A stretch of 64,000 bases of DNA, from the NCBI GenBank assembly GCA_963796455.1, contig CAWCLO010000004.1, positions 992,001-1,056,000 of the forward strand, in the 5' to 3' direction. Shown one piece after another: positions 61,750 to 64,000 of this stretch. The DNA comes from Candidatus Sulfomarinibacteraceae bacterium (GTDB lineage: Bacteria; Acidobacteriota; Thermoanaerobaculia; Thermoanaerobaculales; Sulfomarinibacteraceae). A program made the position numbers and the translations under genes. Position 1 is the first letter of the stretch; each line of letters begins with the position of its first letter. The notes below the pieces were generated by a model. It did no database searches. It was not told the DNA's origin and saw only the letters and a program-made list of their open reading frames with translations.

Positions 61750-62708
61750 ACCAAAAACCACGGAGACACAGAGCTTGCCCACATGTCCGATGCGGACGAT
61801 CCGTGTTCCGGAGAAACCGCAGATCACGCAGATAGACGCAGATCCATCGCAAACGGTCTCGTCGCAAACACGAAGACACAAAGGCACCAAGTCATCACAA
61901 AGCCGGTCAATCGTAAAGACCCACAGACCACCAGAAGGACACAGGAGCCATCGCGCACACGCGACGCAGATAGACGCAGATGGCAGACTGATTACGGAGA
62001 CATCAGCCACCGCCGCAAACAATCCACGTCCACCTCCCGAGTTCTTAACGCAGAGACGCAGAGTCGCGGAGACGCAGAGGACTTCCCGGAAGAACCCTCC
62101 ACTCGGCGAGATCCCGGCCGCCAGGGGCGGCCAGGAATCGCTGGGTCAGGAAATCGCCCCAAAAACCAGCTTTCGTCGCGATTTCCTGACCCAGCGGCCT
62201 GCGCGACCGCGCAGGTCTCGCCTCCTTCCTCCCCTTTCCTTCAATCAAGAGAGGGTGTCTCCGAAGCAAGGCAGAACCGGCATGCCGGAGGCGTGCCGGA
62301 CGGTGGGAAGCGGGGTGACTCCGAGCGCTGGCGATTGGAGTCGCCCCTCTTCTCACCGGCGACGGGCGATCGGAGATCGTCTGTCGATCTGCCGACACTG
62401 ATGGCACCACCGCACAAGCTCGCTAACCAGGCCTTTGCGTCTCTGCGACTTTGCGTTCTTTGCGGTTCAACCATGTGCACGCGAGACGCGTGCACCACCA
62501 TGGTGGTGCAGCCGTCCCGGCTGCACTCCGGTCGTGCCTTTGCGATGGCTTCTGTGTTCTTCTGTGTGTTCTGTGGGCCATTGTGGTTGCGACGAGACCG
62601 TTTGCGATGAATCTGCGTCTATTTGCGTGATCTGCGGGCGTTTTCTCTCTGTGTCTCTGTGCCTCTGTGGTTTTCCTGGTGTCAGTCCTTGGTGTCTTGG
62701 TGGTTGCC
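61750..62708. repeat. Composite palindromic non-coding element, copy B
   Basis: 51-bp inverted repeat with 2 differences (61817-61867 / 62587-62637). The core ~61965-62680 aligns by eye to ~55108-55835. Confidence 0.85.
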
Positions 62709-62709
62709 G

Positions 62710-63348
62710 CTAGGATCGCACTGCGAGGAGTTTGTCTCGCAGGTCTGTTGGGGTGCGGGGATCGGTCAGGACACGATCGAGGTCGGCGATGGTATCGATA
62801 TCGGTGAGCTCTTCGAGTTCGATCCACGTAACTCCGAGTTGCTCGAGCCGTTGCCGCGTCTGAGAGAGGGTTTCGGGACAGGACCATGGGATATCCGTGA
62901 AGAGTTCAACACCGGGCGGGCGCTGGGCCACAAGCCAGTAGCCCCCGTCGTCCGCCGGACCGAGCACCACCTCTCCCCTCTCCAGCTCGTCGATCGCCTG
63001 ATGAAGATGTGGGGCGCCGAGCCACGGGCAGTCGGAGCCGATGACCACCACACGATCCTCCCCTTCATCAAAGCGCCGGGAGAATGCATCACCCATTCGT
63101 GCGCCGAGGTCAGAGCCGGATTGAAGCTCGGTCGACACCGGCAGGGAATCGATCCAATCTGAAGCCGAGTCATCCGCGAGGGACAGTATGACCCGCAGCC
63201 CGCTGGTCGTTGCGGCCGCCAGGGTGTGATCGAGCGTTGCCGCATAGACGGCCGCCGCCTGCCTGGCTCCGACTCCTTTCGCAAGTCTGGTTTTGACCCG
63301 GCCCGGGACCGGTTCGCGACCGAAAACCACGATGCACCCGGTGCTCAT
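62710..63348 (-). CDS. TIGR04282/DUF2064 family nucleotidyl/glycosyltransferase-like protein
   Basis: Motifs PVPGRVKTRL, QSGSDLGARM, IGSDCP, GPADDGGYWL, IPWS and DIDT. Start placed at ATG 63348. Confidence 0.88.
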   Translation of the reverse strand: MSTGCIVVFGREPVPGRVKTRLAKGVGARQAAAVYAATLDHTLAAATTSGLRVILSLADDSASDWIDSLPVSTELQSGSDLGARMGDAFSRRFDEGEDRVVVIGSDCPWLGAPHLHQAIDELERGEVVLGPADDGGYWLVAQRPPGVELFTDIPWSCPETLSQTRQRLEQLGVTWIELEELTDIDTIADLDRVLTDPRTPTDLRDKLLAVRS

Positions 63349-64000
63349 CTGACCTCCCGATACCATCGAGCGAGTTGGTGCGGCGATACACCACAACGAA
63401 AAAGAACCGGAAAAACGAGATTCATCACCCTTGTTCTGATTGGAAAACGCCGGTAGCGCCGGGCCGTCGTCCGCATCAACAAAGGGATCCGTCGAATGGC
63501 TCCTTGGCGGCGGCATCTTCCGGCAAAAACGAGGTCTTCCATCAACGGGATGTCGGGGAATCCGCCAACCGCGTCAAAGATCTCGCGCCGGACAGCAAAT
63601 CCCTGATCTCCATAAGGGAGCCGCCAGCCCCTCGAACGGAGATCGAGGGTCCACAGCCACATCCTCGTGAGCACCGTACCTTCGGTGGCGTCCCCCGTTT
63701 CCGTTCGGAGCCGAAAACACGCGAGACTGGTGCGGCGATCCTGAAGGGCTCTCTCGAGTACCGGTCGCCACCCGGGTGGCAGCCTGCAATCAGAATGAAC
63801 AAAAAGCAAATCCGGTGCAGATGTGGACGCCGCTCCGAGATTGAGCTGGGACCCTCGACCCGGTTTTCCTTCGACCACCCTCGCGCCTGCTTCGGCGGCG
63901 CGCTGACATGTGGCGTCGGTGCTACCCCCATCCACCACCACGACGTCCAAATCGGAGTGCGCGCCCACCGCCTCGAGGCACGATCCGATCGTGCGCTCCT
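63345..64000 (-). CDS. TIGR04283 family GT2 glycosyltransferase (5' end outside the window)
   Basis: Motifs VVDGGSTD, GRGSQLNLGA, LFVHSD, PYGDQG, GGFPDIPLMED and TTARR. Confidence 0.88.
   Translation of the reverse strand, partial: ERTIGSCLEAVGAHSDLDVVVVDGGSTDATCQRAAEAGARVVEGKPGRGSQLNLGAASTSAPDLLFVHSDCRLPPGWRPVLERALQDRRTSLACFRLRTETGDATEGTVLTRMWLWTLDLRSRGWRLPYGDQGFAVRREIFDAVGGFPDIPLMEDLVFAGRCRRQGAIRRIPLLMRTTARRYRRFPIRTRVMNLVFPVLFRCGVSPHQLARWYREVR

Overview
This is a GC-rich bacterial chromosome segment. Gene content (fused LptC/A and LptF/G, HprK with the rpoN-PTS cluster, ScpAB) suggests Acidobacteriota or a related lineage, which is an inference. It holds mostly housekeeping genes: PP2C, a HAD phosphatase, gpmI, accA, lpt-rpoN-hpf-PTS, miaB, a parAB-like pair, lptFG, scpAB, a Wsp-like chemosensory cluster, a COG2403 P-loop protein, guaA, a complex I operon followed by rex, a Ser/Thr kinase, ileS-lspA-lgt-rluD and a TIGR04282/04283 pair. 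Five signals stand out. (1) A 28-bp dif-type Xer site lies next to a cluster of DnaA boxes directly after the parAB-like pair. (2) Two copies of a ~0.9-kb non-coding element are built from inverted 9-mer repeat arms around hairpins that show compensatory substitutions, and several related 7/8-mer repeat hairpins occur elsewhere. (3) The nuo operon lacks the whole Q-module (nuoBCDI) at clean junctions. (4) At least nine genes have a -10 box 6-8 nt before the start codon, which suggests leaderless mRNAs. (5) One chemoreceptor carries its Cache-like sensor C-terminal to the signalling domain. Clustered frameshifts (miaB, the nuclease, parAB, the RNase H-like gene, ileS) look like long-read indel errors. 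All calls were made by eye from motifs, and no searches were run.
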